Positions 1 to 10,386 are shown, counted from the stretch's first letter. The stretch is 32,000 nucleotides of DNA from Aliivibrio fischeri ES114 (GCF_000011805.1 NC_006840.2), one strand, 5' to 3'. The notes: generated by a model not told the origin, from the letters alone. Translations and numbers: made by a program.

Positions 1-95
1 GCACGACCTGTACGAATTTTTAACAGGTTATTTTTCAGTGCTTCAACACTTTTTTCCATACGCTCTTGCGCATCTTTTTTAATTTCGTTAATCAC
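1..95 (-). CDS. frr: Ribosome recycling factor, N-terminal fragment (cut by window edge)
   Basis: The minus strand reads GTG ATT AAC GAA ATT AAA AAA GAT GCG CAA GAG CGT ATG GAA AAA AGT GTT GAA..., giving (M)[30 protein letters not shown], the conserved Frr N-terminus. AAGGTG lies upstream as SD. GTG start at 95..93. Confidence 0.9.
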   Translation of the reverse strand, partial: MINEIKKDAQERMEKSVEALKNNLLKIRTGR

Positions 96-130
96 AAGAT
101 CACCTTGATTATTTTTGATTCGTAGGAGAA

Positions 131-862
131 TTATTCAGCGTTGCTGATCAGTGTGCCTTCAGTTTCACCCATAACTACACGACGTAATGCACCAGGCTTG
201 TTCATGTTAAATACACGAATAGGCATGTTGTGGTCACGAGCAAGAGTAAACGCTGCTAAGTCCATCACTTTTAATTCTTTTTCAAGAACGCTGCTGTAAG
301 ACAGTTTATCATACAATTCTGCATCAGGGTTAGATACTGGATCAGCAGTAAATACACCATCTACTTTTGTTGCTTTTAAAACAACATCAGCTTCAATTTC
401 AATACCACGTAGACATGCAGCAGAGTCTGTTGTAAAGAATGGGTTACCTGTACCAGCAGAGAAAATAACCACACGGCCTTGACGTAATTGAGCGATAGCA
501 TCAGCCCAGTTGTAATCGTCACATACACCTTTAAGAGGGATAGCTGACATTACTCGAGCATTTACGTATGCACGGTGTAGTGCATCACGCATCGCTAAGC
601 CATTCATTACTGTCGCTAGCATACCCATGTGATCACCTACTACACGGTTCATGCCTGCTTCTGCAAGACCTGCACCACGGAAAAGGTTACCACCACCGAT
701 AACAACACCAACTTGAACACCAAGCTCGATCAGCTCTTTTACTTCTTGAGCCATACGATCAAGCGTTGCAGGGTCAATACCAAAACCCTCTTCGCCTTGA
801 AGTGCTTCACCACTAAGTTTTAATAGAATACGCTGATATACTGGTTTCGGGTTCGTCGTCAT
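131..862 (-). CDS. pyrH: Uridylate (UMP) kinase
   Basis: 243-aa ORF with [57 protein letters not shown] and [11 protein letters not shown]; located between frr and tsf. Confidence 0.97.
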   Translation of the reverse strand: MTTNPKPVYQRILLKLSGEALQGEEGFGIDPATLDRMAQEVKELIELGVQVGVVIGGGNLFRGAGLAEAGMNRVVGDHMGMLATVMNGLAMRDALHRAYVNARVMSAIPLKGVCDDYNWADAIAQLRQGRVVIFSAGTGNPFFTTDSAACLRGIEIEADVVLKATKVDGVFTADPVSNPDAELYDKLSYSSVLEKELKVMDLAAFTLARDHNMPIRVFNMNKPGALRRVVMGETEGTLISNAE

Positions 863-967
863 GGATTTTACCTTTTCACTAGAGTTGTCAAAATAACGGT
901 CACCATTTAGTACTGGATTATCCTCTATTGATAATTCAATAGTAAAAGGTAACAGCTATTCACAAAA

Positions 968-990
968 AGACCGCAGCATAGCCACGGTCT
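968..990 (-). terminator. Hairpin plus U-run in the tsf-pyrH spacer (intra-operon terminator/attenuator candidate)
   Basis: Minus strand AGACCGTGGCTATGCTGCGGTCT followed by TTTT; 6 bp perfect stem extended by 4 pairs including wobbles. Confidence 0.6.
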
Positions 991-1014
991 CTTTCAGTTA
1001 CAATACAGAAGGAA

Positions 1015-1860
1015 TTAACCTTTTTGTACTGCAGCTACTTCATCAGCAAAGCTCATTTCTGCAGCTTTCTCGATACCTTCACCAACTTCTAGACGTACGA
1101 AGTTAGATACTGAAGCGCCTTTCTCTTTAAGAATTTCAGCAACAGTTTTCTTAGGTTCCATGATGAAAGCTTGACCTGTTAGAGAAACTTCGCCCGTGAA
1201 TTTCTTCATACGGCCGATAACCATTTTCTCAGCGATTTCTTGAGGTTTGCCTTCGTTCATAGCGATTTCAACTTGAACAGCTTTTTCTTTTTCTACTACG
1301 TCAGCAGGTACGTCAGATGGGTTAACGTACTCAGGCTTAGAAGCAGCAACGTGCATAGCGATGTGCTTAAGAGTTTCAGCATCGCCTTCACCAGCTACAA
1401 CAACACCGATTTTCTCGCCGTGACGGTAAGAAGCTAGTGCAGAACCAGCAACGTATTGTACGCGACGGATGTTGATGTTTTCACCGATTTTAGCTACTAG
1501 AGCAACACGAGTTTCTTCGAATTGTGCTTGAAGTTCTTCAACAGTTGCTTGAGTTGCAACAGCTGCAGCAACAACTTCTTCAGCAAATGCTGTGAAGTTA
1601 GAATCTTTAGCAACGAAATCAGTTTGACAGTTAACTTCAAGAAGAGCAGCAACGCCGTTTTCTTCTTTGATGATGATTGCGCCTTCAGCAGCAACGTTAC
1701 CTGCTTTTTTAGCAGCTTTAGCAGCGCCAGATTTACGCATGTTTTCGATCGCTAGTTCGATATCAGCGTTCGCTTCAACTAGCGCTTTTTTACATTCCAT
1801 CATGCCAGCGCCAGTGCGCTCACGAAGTTCTTTTACAAGAGCAGCAGTTACAGTTGCCAT
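1015..1860 (-). CDS. tsf: Elongation factor Ts
   Basis: [60 protein letters not shown]. The track ORF includes an upstream MR; the family start is the ATG at 1860. Confidence 0.97.
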
Positions 1861-1896
1861 TCTCAATTCCTCAATTTAATTGGTGGAGTTAAAAAT

Positions 1897-1918
1897 CAGG
1901 GGCCAAATTGGGCCCCTG
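1897..1918 (-). terminator. rpsB-tsf intergenic hairpin with U-run (attenuating terminator candidate)
   Basis: Plus strand CAGGGGCC-aaattg-GGCCCCTG, 8 bp perfect arms. On the minus strand it is followed by ATTTTTAAC, about 35 nt before the tsf start. Confidence 0.75.
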
Positions 1919-1993
1919 CTAACTATTTCAGTTTACTACGAAACGAAAAGACTCACTAGGAGCAAATAATAATTTCGACGAATCGAAAAAATA

Positions 1994-2722
1994 TTATTCA
2001 GCTTCTACGAAACCGTCTTTTTCAGCTACAGCTGCAACGTCTTGGTTACGACCAGACTTAACAGCGTCAGCAGCAGCGTTCAGGTAAAGTTGGATAGCGC
2101 GGATTGCGTCATCGTTACCTGGGATAATGTAGTCAACACCGTCTGGGTTTGAGTTAGTATCAACAACAGCAAATACTGGGATACCTAGGTTGTTTGCTTC
2201 TTTAATAGCGATGTGTTCGTGATCAGCATCGATAACAAATAACGCGTCTGGAAGACCGTTCATGTTTTTGATACCGCCTAGAGATTTCTCTAGTTTTTCC
2301 ATATCACGTGTACGCATTAGCGCTTCTTTCTTAGTTAGTTTCTCAAAAGTACCGTCTTGAGATTGAACTTCGAAGTCTTTTAGACGCTTGATAGATTGAC
2401 GAACAGTTTTGTAGTTAGTAAGCATGCCACCTAACCAACGGTTGTTCACGTAGAACTGGTCGCTGTTGATTGCAGCTTCTTTAACAGCTTCAGATGCAGC
2501 GCGCTTAGTACCAACGAAAAGTACTTTACCTTTTTTGCTACCGATTTTAGCAAGTTCTGCTAAAGCTTCGTTAAACATTGGTACAGTTTGCTCTAGGTTG
2601 ATGATATGAACTTTGTTACGAGCACCAAAGATGAATGGCTTCATTTTTGGGTTCCAGTAACGAGTTTGGTGACCGAAGTGAACACCAGCTTTAAGCATAT
2701 CGCGCATTGATACAGTTGCCAT
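1994..2722 (-). CDS. rpsB: 30S ribosomal protein S2
   Basis: [46 protein letters not shown] is diagnostic of S2; adjacent to tsf. Confidence 0.98.
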   Translation of the reverse strand: MATVSMRDMLKAGVHFGHQTRYWNPKMKPFIFGARNKVHIINLEQTVPMFNEALAELAKIGSKKGKVLFVGTKRAASEAVKEAAINSDQFYVNNRWLGGMLTNYKTVRQSIKRLKDFEVQSQDGTFEKLTKKEALMRTRDMEKLEKSLGGIKNMNGLPDALFVIDADHEHIAIKEANNLGIPVFAVVDTNSNPDGVDYIIPGNDDAIRAIQLYLNAAADAVKSGRNQDVAAVAEKDGFVEAE

Positions 2723-2744
2723 TTTGAGAATTCCTCTGTTAAAT

Positions 2745-2840
2745 GGGGTTAAGCCTCCACATACCCCGCTAATAATCCGACTCTATTTTAAGATTAAACA
2801 ATCAAAAAAATGAGCACCCCGGACTGCGTGTCGGTATGTG
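2745..2840 (-). promoter_or_regulatory. rpsB 5' leader (S2 autoregulatory RNA candidate)
   Basis: Structured leader immediately upstream of rpsB. 8-bp complementarity CACATACC (2758-2765) / GGTATGTG (2832-2839); GGGG and CCCC runs (2745-2748, 2764-2767, 2815-2820 area) can form alternative or pseudoknot pairings. Confidence 0.6.
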
Positions 2841-3081
2841 TGTGATTTAAAATAAAAGTATAGTTGGTATTGAGAACAACAAATTGTTCATCAATCCGGC
2901 GCGCTTTATACCATAAAAACGCTGTTAAAATCCACTATTTTTCTCTTATAACTCATTTTTAAGGGATCATTTTACTGATCTAGGTATTCCCATCACCTTA
3001 TAATTGAAAGATACAGGCCGCCTAGGTAAACTTAGATACATTATCGTTTAATACGATTTAATTTTAGATAGAGAAAAGCCC

Positions 3082-3909
3082 ATGTCAGTAAAGATTAAAA
3101 ACGCTGCAGAAATTGAAAAAATGCGCGTAGCCGGCCAATTAGCCGCTGAAGTACTTGAAATGATTGAACCTTATGTGAAAGCTGGGGTAACAACAGAAGA
3201 ACTTGATCAAATTTGCCATAAGCACATTACTGAAGTTCAAGGCGCAATCCCTGCTCCATTAAATTACCATGGTTTCCCTAAATCTATCTGTACATCAATT
3301 AACCATATTGTTTGTCATGGTATTCCTGCATCACAAGATGAGCAATACAATGGTTTTGTAAAACCTGCAGTATTAAAAGATGGTGACATCCTTAATATTG
3401 ATATCACAGTAATCAAAGACGGTTACCACGGTGATACTTCTAAGATGTTCTTAGTTGGTGATGTAAGCCCAACAGATAAACGTCTGTGTCTAATTGCACA
3501 AGAGAGTTTATATGTTGGTATGCGTAAAGTTAAACCGGGTGTAAAACTGGGTGAAATTGGTACTGCTATTCAAAAATACATCAAAGGTACAACACCAAAA
3601 TGTTCTATCGTACGTGATTACTGTGGGCATGGTATTGGTTCTGAATTCCATGAAGAACCACAAGTTGTTCATTACAAAAACAGCGATCGTACTGTATTAA
3701 AAGCAGGCATGACATTTACTATTGAACCAATGATCAATTTAGGTAAATTCGGTTGTCTTCAAGACGACAACGATGGTTGGACAGTATACACAGGCGACGG
3801 TAAAAATACCGCTCAATGGGAACACACTATTTTAGTAACCGAAACGGGTTGTGAAGTGTTAACTTTACGTGCTGAAGAAACCATTCCTCGCCACATGAAC
3901 AACAAATAA
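3082..3909 (+). CDS. map: Type I methionine aminopeptidase
   Basis: MSVKIKNAAEIEKMRVAGQLAAEVLEMIEPYVK..., YHGFPKSICTSINHIVCHGIP, NIDITVIKDGYHGDTSKMF, GHGIGSEFHEEPQVVHY, TIEPMI. Confidence 0.97.
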   Translation: MSVKIKNAAEIEKMRVAGQLAAEVLEMIEPYVKAGVTTEELDQICHKHITEVQGAIPAPLNYHGFPKSICTSINHIVCHGIPASQDEQYNGFVKPAVLKDGDILNIDITVIKDGYHGDTSKMFLVGDVSPTDKRLCLIAQESLYVGMRKVKPGVKLGEIGTAIQKYIKGTTPKCSIVRDYCGHGIGSEFHEEPQVVHYKNSDRTVLKAGMTFTIEPMINLGKFGCLQDDNDGWTVYTGDGKNTAQWEHTILVTETGCEVLTLRAEETIPRHMNNK

Positions 3910-3923
3910 CAAATCGCAAATAA

Positions 3924-3945
3924 ACAGAAGGCTTCGGTCTTCTGT
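3924..3945 (+). terminator. Intrinsic terminator-like hairpin between map and glnD
   Basis: ACAGAAGGC-TTCG-GTCTTCTGT followed by TTTTTT; 9-bp stem (one G-U) with a C(UUCG)G tetraloop. Confidence 0.85.
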
Positions 3946-3967
3946 TTTTTTATCAGCAAGGATTGCT

Positions 3968-6589
3968 ATGAAATATCTATCCCCCCTATCCTTATCCGAT
4001 ACTCAGCTTAATATTACCGAACTAAAGCAACAACTTACTCTTTTCTCCCAATACCAAATTAACGCTTTTCATCAGCACAAAGCCGTTTCAGATTTAGTAC
4101 TTGAACGATCTCACTATTTTGATCAATTACTCTCTCGACTGTGGCAATTCTTTAAATTTGATGACATCGCAAATACATCCCTGATCGCCGTCGGTGGTTA
4201 TGGTCGGAGTGAACTTCATCCTCTTTCAGATATTGATATTCTGATTTTAACTGAGAACAATACCAATGATGCATTTTGCCAAAAAGTAGGAGAGTTAGTC
4301 ACTCTACTTTGGGACTTAAAATTAGAAGTTGGCCATAGCGTTCGTTCAATAGCAGAGTGCATAGAAATAGGTCAGAATGATTTAACTGTAGCGACTAACT
4401 TACAAGAAGCTCGCTACATCAGTGGTAATAAAGAACTGTCCCACCAACTAAAATTAAAAATACATTCGGACAGTTTCTGGCCAAGTGAGTTGTTTTATCA
4501 AGCTAAAATAGACGAACAGAAAAAACGTCACAGCCGTTACCATGACACTACATACAACTTAGAACCTGACATAAAATCAAGTCCAGGTGGGTTGAGAGAC
4601 ATTCATACCCTAAGTTGGATTGCTCGACGCCACTTTGGAGCAACGTCTCTACTTGAGATGAGTCAGGCCGGTTTCTTAACCGATGCGGAATATCGCGAAT
4701 TATTAGAATGCCAAGAGTTCTTATGGCGTGTTCGCTTTGCTCTGCATATTGAACTGAAGCGATACGACAATCGACTCACCTTTGGTCACCAAGCTTCCGT
4801 TGCTGAGCATTTAGGTTTTATTGGTGAAGGAAATCGCGGTGTAGAGCGTATGATGAAAGAGTTCTATCGAACTTTACGTCGTGTTGCTGAGCTAAATAGC
4901 ATGTTGCTCAAAATTTTTGACCAAGCAATCCTTCATCAAGGTGAGCAAGACGATGCCATTATCATCGATGATGATTTCCAACGCCGTGGACGATTAATTG
5001 AAGCTCGAAAGCCTGCTCTATTTCAAGCTCGTCCAGACACCATATTAGACATGTTTTTATTAATGGCGAACGACTCAACCATTGACGGAGTTGCTCCTCC
5101 TACCATGCGTCAATTACGAACCGCTCGACGTCGCCTTAATCGTTTTTTATGTGAAATACCTGAAGCCAAAGAAAAATTTCTACAATTAACTCAGCATCCA
5201 AATGCATTAAACAATGCCTTTAGTTCCATGCATAAATTAGGGGTTCTTTCTGCTTACTTACCTCAATGGAGCCATATTGTAGGACAAATGCAATTTGATT
5301 TATTTCATGCTTATACGGTTGATGAGCACAGCATTCGTCTGCTTAAGCATATTAATAAATTTTCGGATACTACAAACCGAGATAAACACCCTATCTGTTG
5401 TGAAATCTTCCCTAAAATAATGAAAAAAGAGTTACTTATCATAGCTGCCATTTTTCATGATATAGCAAAAGGCCGCGGGGGCGATCACTCTGAATTAGGT
5501 GCCGTAGATGCCTATGATTTTTGTATTAGTCACGGACTATCAAAACCGGAAGCCAATTTAGTTTCTTGGCTCGTAAAAAGCCACCTACTCATGTCTGTTA
5601 CAGCACAACGTCGTGATATTTACGATCCCGATGTGATTACTGAGTTCGCCAAACAAGTTAGGGATGAAGAACGTTTAGATTACTTAGTGTGTTTAACTGT
5701 TGCAGATATCTGTGCGACTAATCCGGATTTATGGAACAGTTGGAAACGCTCACTTATCGCGGATTTATATAATGCCACCCAACGAGCACTGAGAAGAGGT
5801 TTAGAGAACCCGCCAGACTTACGAGATCGTATTCGCCACAATCAACAAATGGCTTCAGCACAGCTTCGTAGTGAAGGCTTCACACAGTGGGAAGTCGATG
5901 CTCTATGGCGTCGATTTAAAGCGGATTATTTCTTACGTCATACTCATAAACAAATTGCATGGCATGCTAGCCATCTTCTTCGTCATCAAGATAAAGAAAA
6001 ATCATTAATACTCATCAGTAAAAACGCTTCTCGTGGAGGAACTGAAATTTTTGTTTACAGTAAAGATCAACCACACCTTTTTGCTACTGTAGCAGCAGAG
6101 TTGGATAGACGTAGTATCACTATTTATGATGCTCAAGTTATGTCCAGCAAAGATGGGTATGCGCTCGATACCTTTATGGTTCTTGACCAAAATGATGACC
6201 CTATTGATGAAGAACGACAACAAAGATTAATTGATCAACTTTACGACGTTAAACTAAATGACCAAGCAACGCACATTAAAACCCGTCGACCGCCACGCCA
6301 GCTTCAACATTTTAATGTGAAAACTCGCATGGAGTTTTTACCAACTAAAACAGGGAAAAGGACATTAATGGAGTTTGTTGCATTAGATACTCCAGGGTTA
6401 TTAGCGACGGTTGGTGCCACATTTGCTCAATTAGGGATCAATTTACATGCCGCAAAGATCACCACAATTGGTGAGCGAGCTGAGGATTTATTCATCCTAA
6501 CATCTGACGTTGGTGGTCGACTTGACGACGAAAAACAAGCAGAGCTTGAATTAGCCTTAGTTAAAAATGTAGCGAGATTAAGCTCATAA
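3968..6589 (+). CDS. glnD: [Protein-PII] uridylyltransferase / uridylyl-removing enzyme
   Basis: 873 aa with nucleotidyltransferase motif VGGYGRSELHPLSDIDILIL, HD domain (IFHDIAKGRGGDHSELGAVDA) and C-terminal ACT repeats; downstream of map. Confidence 0.97.
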   Translation: MKYLSPLSLSDTQLNITELKQQLTLFSQYQINAFHQHKAVSDLVLERSHYFDQLLSRLWQFFKFDDIANTSLIAVGGYGRSELHPLSDIDILILTENNTNDAFCQKVGELVTLLWDLKLEVGHSVRSIAECIEIGQNDLTVATNLQEARYISGNKELSHQLKLKIHSDSFWPSELFYQAKIDEQKKRHSRYHDTTYNLEPDIKSSPGGLRDIHTLSWIARRHFGATSLLEMSQAGFLTDAEYRELLECQEFLWRVRFALHIELKRYDNRLTFGHQASVAEHLGFIGEGNRGVERMMKEFYRTLRRVAELNSMLLKIFDQAILHQGEQDDAIIIDDDFQRRGRLIEARKPALFQARPDTILDMFLLMANDSTIDGVAPPTMRQLRTARRRLNRFLCEIPEAKEKFLQLTQHPNALNNAFSSMHKLGVLSAYLPQWSHIVGQMQFDLFHAYTVDEHSIRLLKHINKFSDTTNRDKHPICCEIFPKIMKKELLIIAAIFHDIAKGRGGDHSELGAVDAYDFCISHGLSKPEANLVSWLVKSHLLMSVTAQRRDIYDPDVITEFAKQVRDEERLDYLVCLTVADICATNPDLWNSWKRSLIADLYNATQRALRRGLENPPDLRDRIRHNQQMASAQLRSEGFTQWEVDALWRRFKADYFLRHTHKQIAWHASHLLRHQDKEKSLILISKNASRGGTEIFVYSKDQPHLFATVAAELDRRSITIYDAQVMSSKDGYALDTFMVLDQNDDPIDEERQQRLIDQLYDVKLNDQATHIKTRRPPRQLQHFNVKTRMEFLPTKTGKRTLMEFVALDTPGLLATVGATFAQLGINLHAAKITTIGERAEDLFILTSDVGGRLDDEKQAELELALVKNVARLSS

Positions 6590-6611
6590 TACGAATAACT
6601 AAAAACAATAA

Positions 6612-6636
6612 GTGGGATGGATAAGATCTATCCCAC
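6612..6636. terminator. Hairpin at the 3' end of glnD (possible terminator or RNA 3' stabiliser)
   Basis: GTGGGATGGAT-aag-ATCTATCCCAC, 11-bp stem with one G-U; no good T-run follows (ACAACTTTC). Confidence 0.5.
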
Positions 6637-6728
6637 AACTTTCATTCACAGCAGTTGTTATATCGACTCTCATCGTTAATGCTCATTTAGAGGAATCTGA
6701 TAACTATATAATAATATTGGAGTAAGCC

Positions 6729-7109
6729 ATGTACCCACACCTTGTTAGCCTTGGAATTTCAGAACCAGAAAAAATTGAACGTTATTCTCTACGACAAGAA
6801 GCCCATAAAGACATATTGAAGATCTATTTTTCTAAGCAGAAAGGTGAACTCTTCGCTAAAAGCGTAAAATTCAAGTACCCTCGCCAAGTTAAAAATGTGC
6901 TTGTAGATAGCGGTAGCCATCGTTATAAAGAAACAACTGAAATCAATCGAAATTTAACGCTTATCATTGATGAATTAAACAAAATTACTCGCCCAGAAAA
7001 AGAGACTCCAACCGACGTGAAGAAGAAAATTCTAAAAGATTTAAGACATTTAGAAAAAGTGGTAGCGAGCAAAATAGAAGAAATAGAAAAAGATTTAGAG
7101 AAACTTTAA
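6729..7109 (+). CDS. yaeH: UPF0325 / DUF3461 family protein (YaeH-like)
   Basis: Resembles YaeH: [49 protein letters not shown] and C-terminal LxDLRHLExVVxxKIxEIExDLEKL. Confidence 0.9.
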   Translation: MYPHLVSLGISEPEKIERYSLRQEAHKDILKIYFSKQKGELFAKSVKFKYPRQVKNVLVDSGSHRYKETTEINRNLTLIIDELNKITRPEKETPTDVKKKILKDLRHLEKVVASKIEEIEKDLEKL

Positions 7110-7125
7110 AGCTTTTAGTAGACAT

Positions 7126-7154
7126 AAAAAATGGACCATAATGGTCCATTTTTT
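7126..7154. terminator. Bidirectional terminator between convergent yaeH and secF
   Basis: AAAAAATGGACCAT-a-ATGGTCCATTTTTT: palindromic stem flanked by A-run and T-run. Confidence 0.9.
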
Positions 7155-7177
7155 ATTATATAGTTAACAAAATACCG

Positions 7178-8128
7178 TTAAGGCATCTGTTCAAACTCTT
7201 CTTCGCCTTCTTTATCAATAGGTGTTGGCATTAAGTGCTCACGAGTAATACCTAATTTCAGAGCCAATGCTGATGCTACATAGATAGAAGAATACGTACC
7301 GATAGTGATACCTAACAGCAATGCAAGAGCAAAGCCATGGATCATCGCACCGCCTTGAGTGAACAATGCGATAACTACAAATAGCGTCGTTGCAGATGTA
7401 ATTAATGTACGACTTAATGTTTGCGTAATCGCATCATTAATAATGTCGTTAGAATCACCCTTACGCATTTTCAAGAAGTTTTCACGAATACGGTCAAATA
7501 CAACAATGGTATCATTCAAAGAATAACCCACCACCGTTAGTAGTGCTGCAATAATCGTTAAATCGACTTCAATTTGTAAGAAAGAGAAAATACCTAACGT
7601 AATAATGATATCGTGCGCCAAAGCGAGTACCGCACCAGCAGCTAAACGCCATTGGAAACGCATCGAAACATAAGCCAAGATACATAACAAAGAAACTAAG
7701 ATAGCTAAACCACCCGCTTCAGTAAGTTCGTCACCCACATTTGGACCAACGAACTCAATACGACGCATCTCTACTTGCTCACCAGTACCTTCTTTAATTG
7801 CACTGATGATTTGGTTGCCTAACTCTTCACCTTTTACGTTTTCACGAGGTTGTAGACGAACAATAACATCACGTGCTGTACCAAAGTTTTGAACCGTAGC
7901 ATCACCAAAACCTTTCGCTTCTAATGCACTACGGATATCTGGTAATTGTGCAGGCTGTTCAAAACCAACTTCAATCAGTGTGCCACCCGTGAAGTCTAAG
8001 CCCCAGTTTAACCACTTTGTTGATAATGTAGCTATAGAAGCAATAATCATCAACATTGAGAAAAGGAAGGCAGCTTTAGACCAACGCATGAAGTCGATCG
8101 TTTTCTCTGCTTTCATTAATTGAAACAT
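7178..8128 (-). CDS. secF: Protein translocase subunit SecF
   Basis: FMRWSKAAF..., LNWGLDFTGGTLIEVGF, VGYSLNDTIVVFDRIRENF, TLITSATTLFVVIALFTQGGAMIHGFALALLLGITIGTYSSIYVASA. Confidence 0.97.
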   Translation of the reverse strand: MFQLMKAEKTIDFMRWSKAAFLFSMLMIIASIATLSTKWLNWGLDFTGGTLIEVGFEQPAQLPDIRSALEAKGFGDATVQNFGTARDVIVRLQPRENVKGEELGNQIISAIKEGTGEQVEMRRIEFVGPNVGDELTEAGGLAILVSLLCILAYVSMRFQWRLAAGAVLALAHDIIITLGIFSFLQIEVDLTIIAALLTVVGYSLNDTIVVFDRIRENFLKMRKGDSNDIINDAITQTLSRTLITSATTLFVVIALFTQGGAMIHGFALALLLGITIGTYSSIYVASALALKLGITREHLMPTPIDKEGEEEFEQMP

Positions 8129-8140
8129 AATAATGAGTCC

Positions 8141-9997
8141 TTAGATCGACAGCTTGTCTACGCGCTTACCGCCGTAAACTAAGTTAATCACACAACGAGT
8201 ACCAACAATCGCAGTAAACATTGATGTTAAAATACCGATAGATAACGTAACAGCGAAACCTTTAATTGCGCCAGTACCAACAGCAAACAAGATAATCGCT
8301 GTAATTAGCGTTGTGATGTTCGCATCGGCAATGGTACTAAAGGCATTCGCATAACCTTGGTGAATTGCTTGTTGTGGATTACGTCCATCACGCAACTCTT
8401 CTCGAATACGCTCGAAAATAAGTACGTTAGCATCGACCGCCATACCAACCGTTAATACGATACCGGCAATACCTGGAAGCGTCATTGTTGCTCCTGGGAT
8501 CATCGACATAACACCAATGATTAATACCAAGTTTGCCATTAAGGCTAAGTTTGCAACAAGACCAAAACCACGGTAATAAACCAGTGTAAAGATCATTACA
8601 GCAACCATACCCCAAATACACGCCTGAATACCCATATCGATATTCTGCTGACCCATTGATGGACCAATCGTACGTTCTTCAACAATCGAGATAGGCGCAA
8701 TTAGAGCACCAGCACGAAGTAGAAGTGCTAGGTTATGAGCTTCAGCTTGAGAGTCGATACCAGTAATACGGAAACTACGACCAAGAGCCGATTGAATCGT
8801 TGCTTGGTTAATCACTTCTTCCGTCTTAGAAAGAATAACGCGACCTTCAGGTGTACGACGACCACTGTCTTTATATTCTGTAAATACCGTTGCCATTAGC
8901 TTACCGATATTTTTACGAGAGAACGCAGTCATCTTGCTACCACCTTCACTATCTAGTGAGATGTTTACTTGAGGACGACCATATTCATCAGCACTTGAAC
9001 TTGCATCTGTAATGCTTGCACCGCCAAGAATAATGCGTTTTTTAAGAACAACAGGACGACCATTACGATCTTCTTTGATTTCGCTACCCGCAGGTGCTCG
9101 TCCGCTTGCTGCTGCAGCCAAATCCGCTTTATCATCAACTTCACGGAACTCAAGTGTCGCTGTTGCACCTAGAATTTCTTTAGCACGCGCAGTATCTTGA
9201 ACACCTGGTAGCTCAACAACAATACGGCTTGCACCTTGACGTTGAACTAATGGTTCTGCAACACCTAATTCATTAACACGATTACGAATGATCGTGATGT
9301 TTTGCTCAACTGCGTAATTACGAATTTCTTGTAAGCGTTGTTCAGTAAACGTTGCAATTAACTTAAATTGACCGTTTGACTCTGATTCAACAAATGTCAT
9401 ATCACGGTGAGCATCAGATAACACTTTTTTCGCTTCAGCTAATTGCTCTTCATTACGAAGAACCACTTCTACAGAATCTTTACCTGAGTCACGAATTGCA
9501 CGGTAACGGATCTTAGCTTCACGTAAATCAGTACGGAATGATTCTTCTTGTTGACCAATCAACTTACTCATTGCCGCATCCATATCCACTTCCATTAAGA
9601 AGTGAACACCACCACGTAAATCAAGACCTAATTTCATTGGCGCAGCACCAATAGAAGTTAGCCAATCAGGAGTTAATGGTGCAAGATTTAATGCAACAAC
9701 GTAATCTTTACCTAAAGATTCATTAATAATATCACGAGCACTGATTTGAGCATCAGTATCGTTAAAACGAACAAGAACGGAGCCATTTTCAAATGCAATT
9801 GACTTGTAAGCGATGTCATTGTTCTTTAAATTTTCAGCGACAACATCCAGCGTAGAGGCTTGAACCTCTGTACCACGGCTACCCGTGATTTGAACTGCTG
9901 GATCTTCACCATAGAGGTTTGGAAGTGCATAGAGAGCTGAGATTAGTAGTACAGAAACTACCATCAAATACTTCCATAAAGGGAAACGGTTTAACAC
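8141..9997 (-). CDS. secD: Protein translocase subunit SecD
   Basis: [13 protein letters not shown]..., [40 protein letters not shown] start at 9997 with an AAGGA SD. Confidence 0.97.
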   Translation of the reverse strand: MLNRFPLWKYLMVVSVLLISALYALPNLYGEDPAVQITGSRGTEVQASTLDVVAENLKNNDIAYKSIAFENGSVLVRFNDTDAQISARDIINESLGKDYVVALNLAPLTPDWLTSIGAAPMKLGLDLRGGVHFLMEVDMDAAMSKLIGQQEESFRTDLREAKIRYRAIRDSGKDSVEVVLRNEEQLAEAKKVLSDAHRDMTFVESESNGQFKLIATFTEQRLQEIRNYAVEQNITIIRNRVNELGVAEPLVQRQGASRIVVELPGVQDTARAKEILGATATLEFREVDDKADLAAAASGRAPAGSEIKEDRNGRPVVLKKRIILGGASITDASSSADEYGRPQVNISLDSEGGSKMTAFSRKNIGKLMATVFTEYKDSGRRTPEGRVILSKTEEVINQATIQSALGRSFRITGIDSQAEAHNLALLLRAGALIAPISIVEERTIGPSMGQQNIDMGIQACIWGMVAVMIFTLVYYRGFGLVANLALMANLVLIIGVMSMIPGATMTLPGIAGIVLTVGMAVDANVLIFERIREELRDGRNPQQAIHQGYANAFSTIADANITTLITAIILFAVGTGAIKGFAVTLSIGILTSMFTAIVGTRCVINLVYGGKRVDKLSI

Positions 9998-10018
9998 AGC
10001 GATGTCCTTAACGAAAAA

Positions 10019-10044
10019 TACCCCCTAACCGAAGTTAGAGGGTA
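10019..10044 (-). terminator. Terminator-like hairpin in the yajC-secD spacer
   Basis: Minus strand TACCCTCTAAC-TTCG-GTTAGGGGGTA followed by TTTTT; 11-bp stem (one G-U) and a UUCG tetraloop. Confidence 0.8.
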
Positions 10045-10050
10045 CAATTT

Positions 10051-10386
10051 TTATAGTGATTTCAGAGTGCCCTTTGGCAGAACAGCTGAAACAAAATCTT
10101 TCTTAATTGTTACTTCGTTGTTTGCGTTAAGCTCAATTACGATGTAATCATTTTCTTCAGATACTTTAGTGATTTTACCTACTAAGCCACCTGCAGTAAG
10201 AACTTCATCACCTTTGCTCATAGAAGCCATTAGGTTTTTGTGCTCTTTTTGACGTTTCGCTTGTGGGCGGTAGATCATAAAGTAGAAGATAACAGCAAAC
10301 ATACCAAGCATGATAAACATTTGCATACCACCGCCTTGTGGCGCTGCTTCACCAGCTGCGTGAGCTTGAGAGATGAAAAAACTCAT
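10051..10386 (-). CDS. yajC: Sec translocon accessory protein YajC
   Basis: 111 aa: MFIMLGMFAVIFYFMIYRPQAKRQKEHKNLMASMSKGDEVLTAGGLVGKI; adjacent to secD and tgt. Confidence 0.96.
   Translation of the reverse strand: MSFFISQAHAAGEAAPQGGGMQMFIMLGMFAVIFYFMIYRPQAKRQKEHKNLMASMSKGDEVLTAGGLVGKITKVSEENDYIVIELNANNEVTIKKDFVSAVLPKGTLKSL

Noticed and set aside
629-1879. Plus-strand ORFs of about 60-80 aa (629..823, 1240..1437, 1522..1755, 1667..1879) and the minus-strand shadow ORF 1497..1694
   Set aside because: They overlap pyrH and tsf, whose protein identities are unambiguous. The translations are low-complexity or unlike any domain and have no convincing SD.
2874-2889. Small inverted repeat GAACAA-caaa-TTGTTC upstream of the rpsB leader
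   Set aside because: Short, AT-rich 6-bp arms near the rpsB promoter; could be chance and adds little beyond the leader finding.
8427-9200. ORFs 8427..8621, 8965..9168 and 9012..9200
   Set aside because: Shadow ORFs inside secD with no family resemblance.
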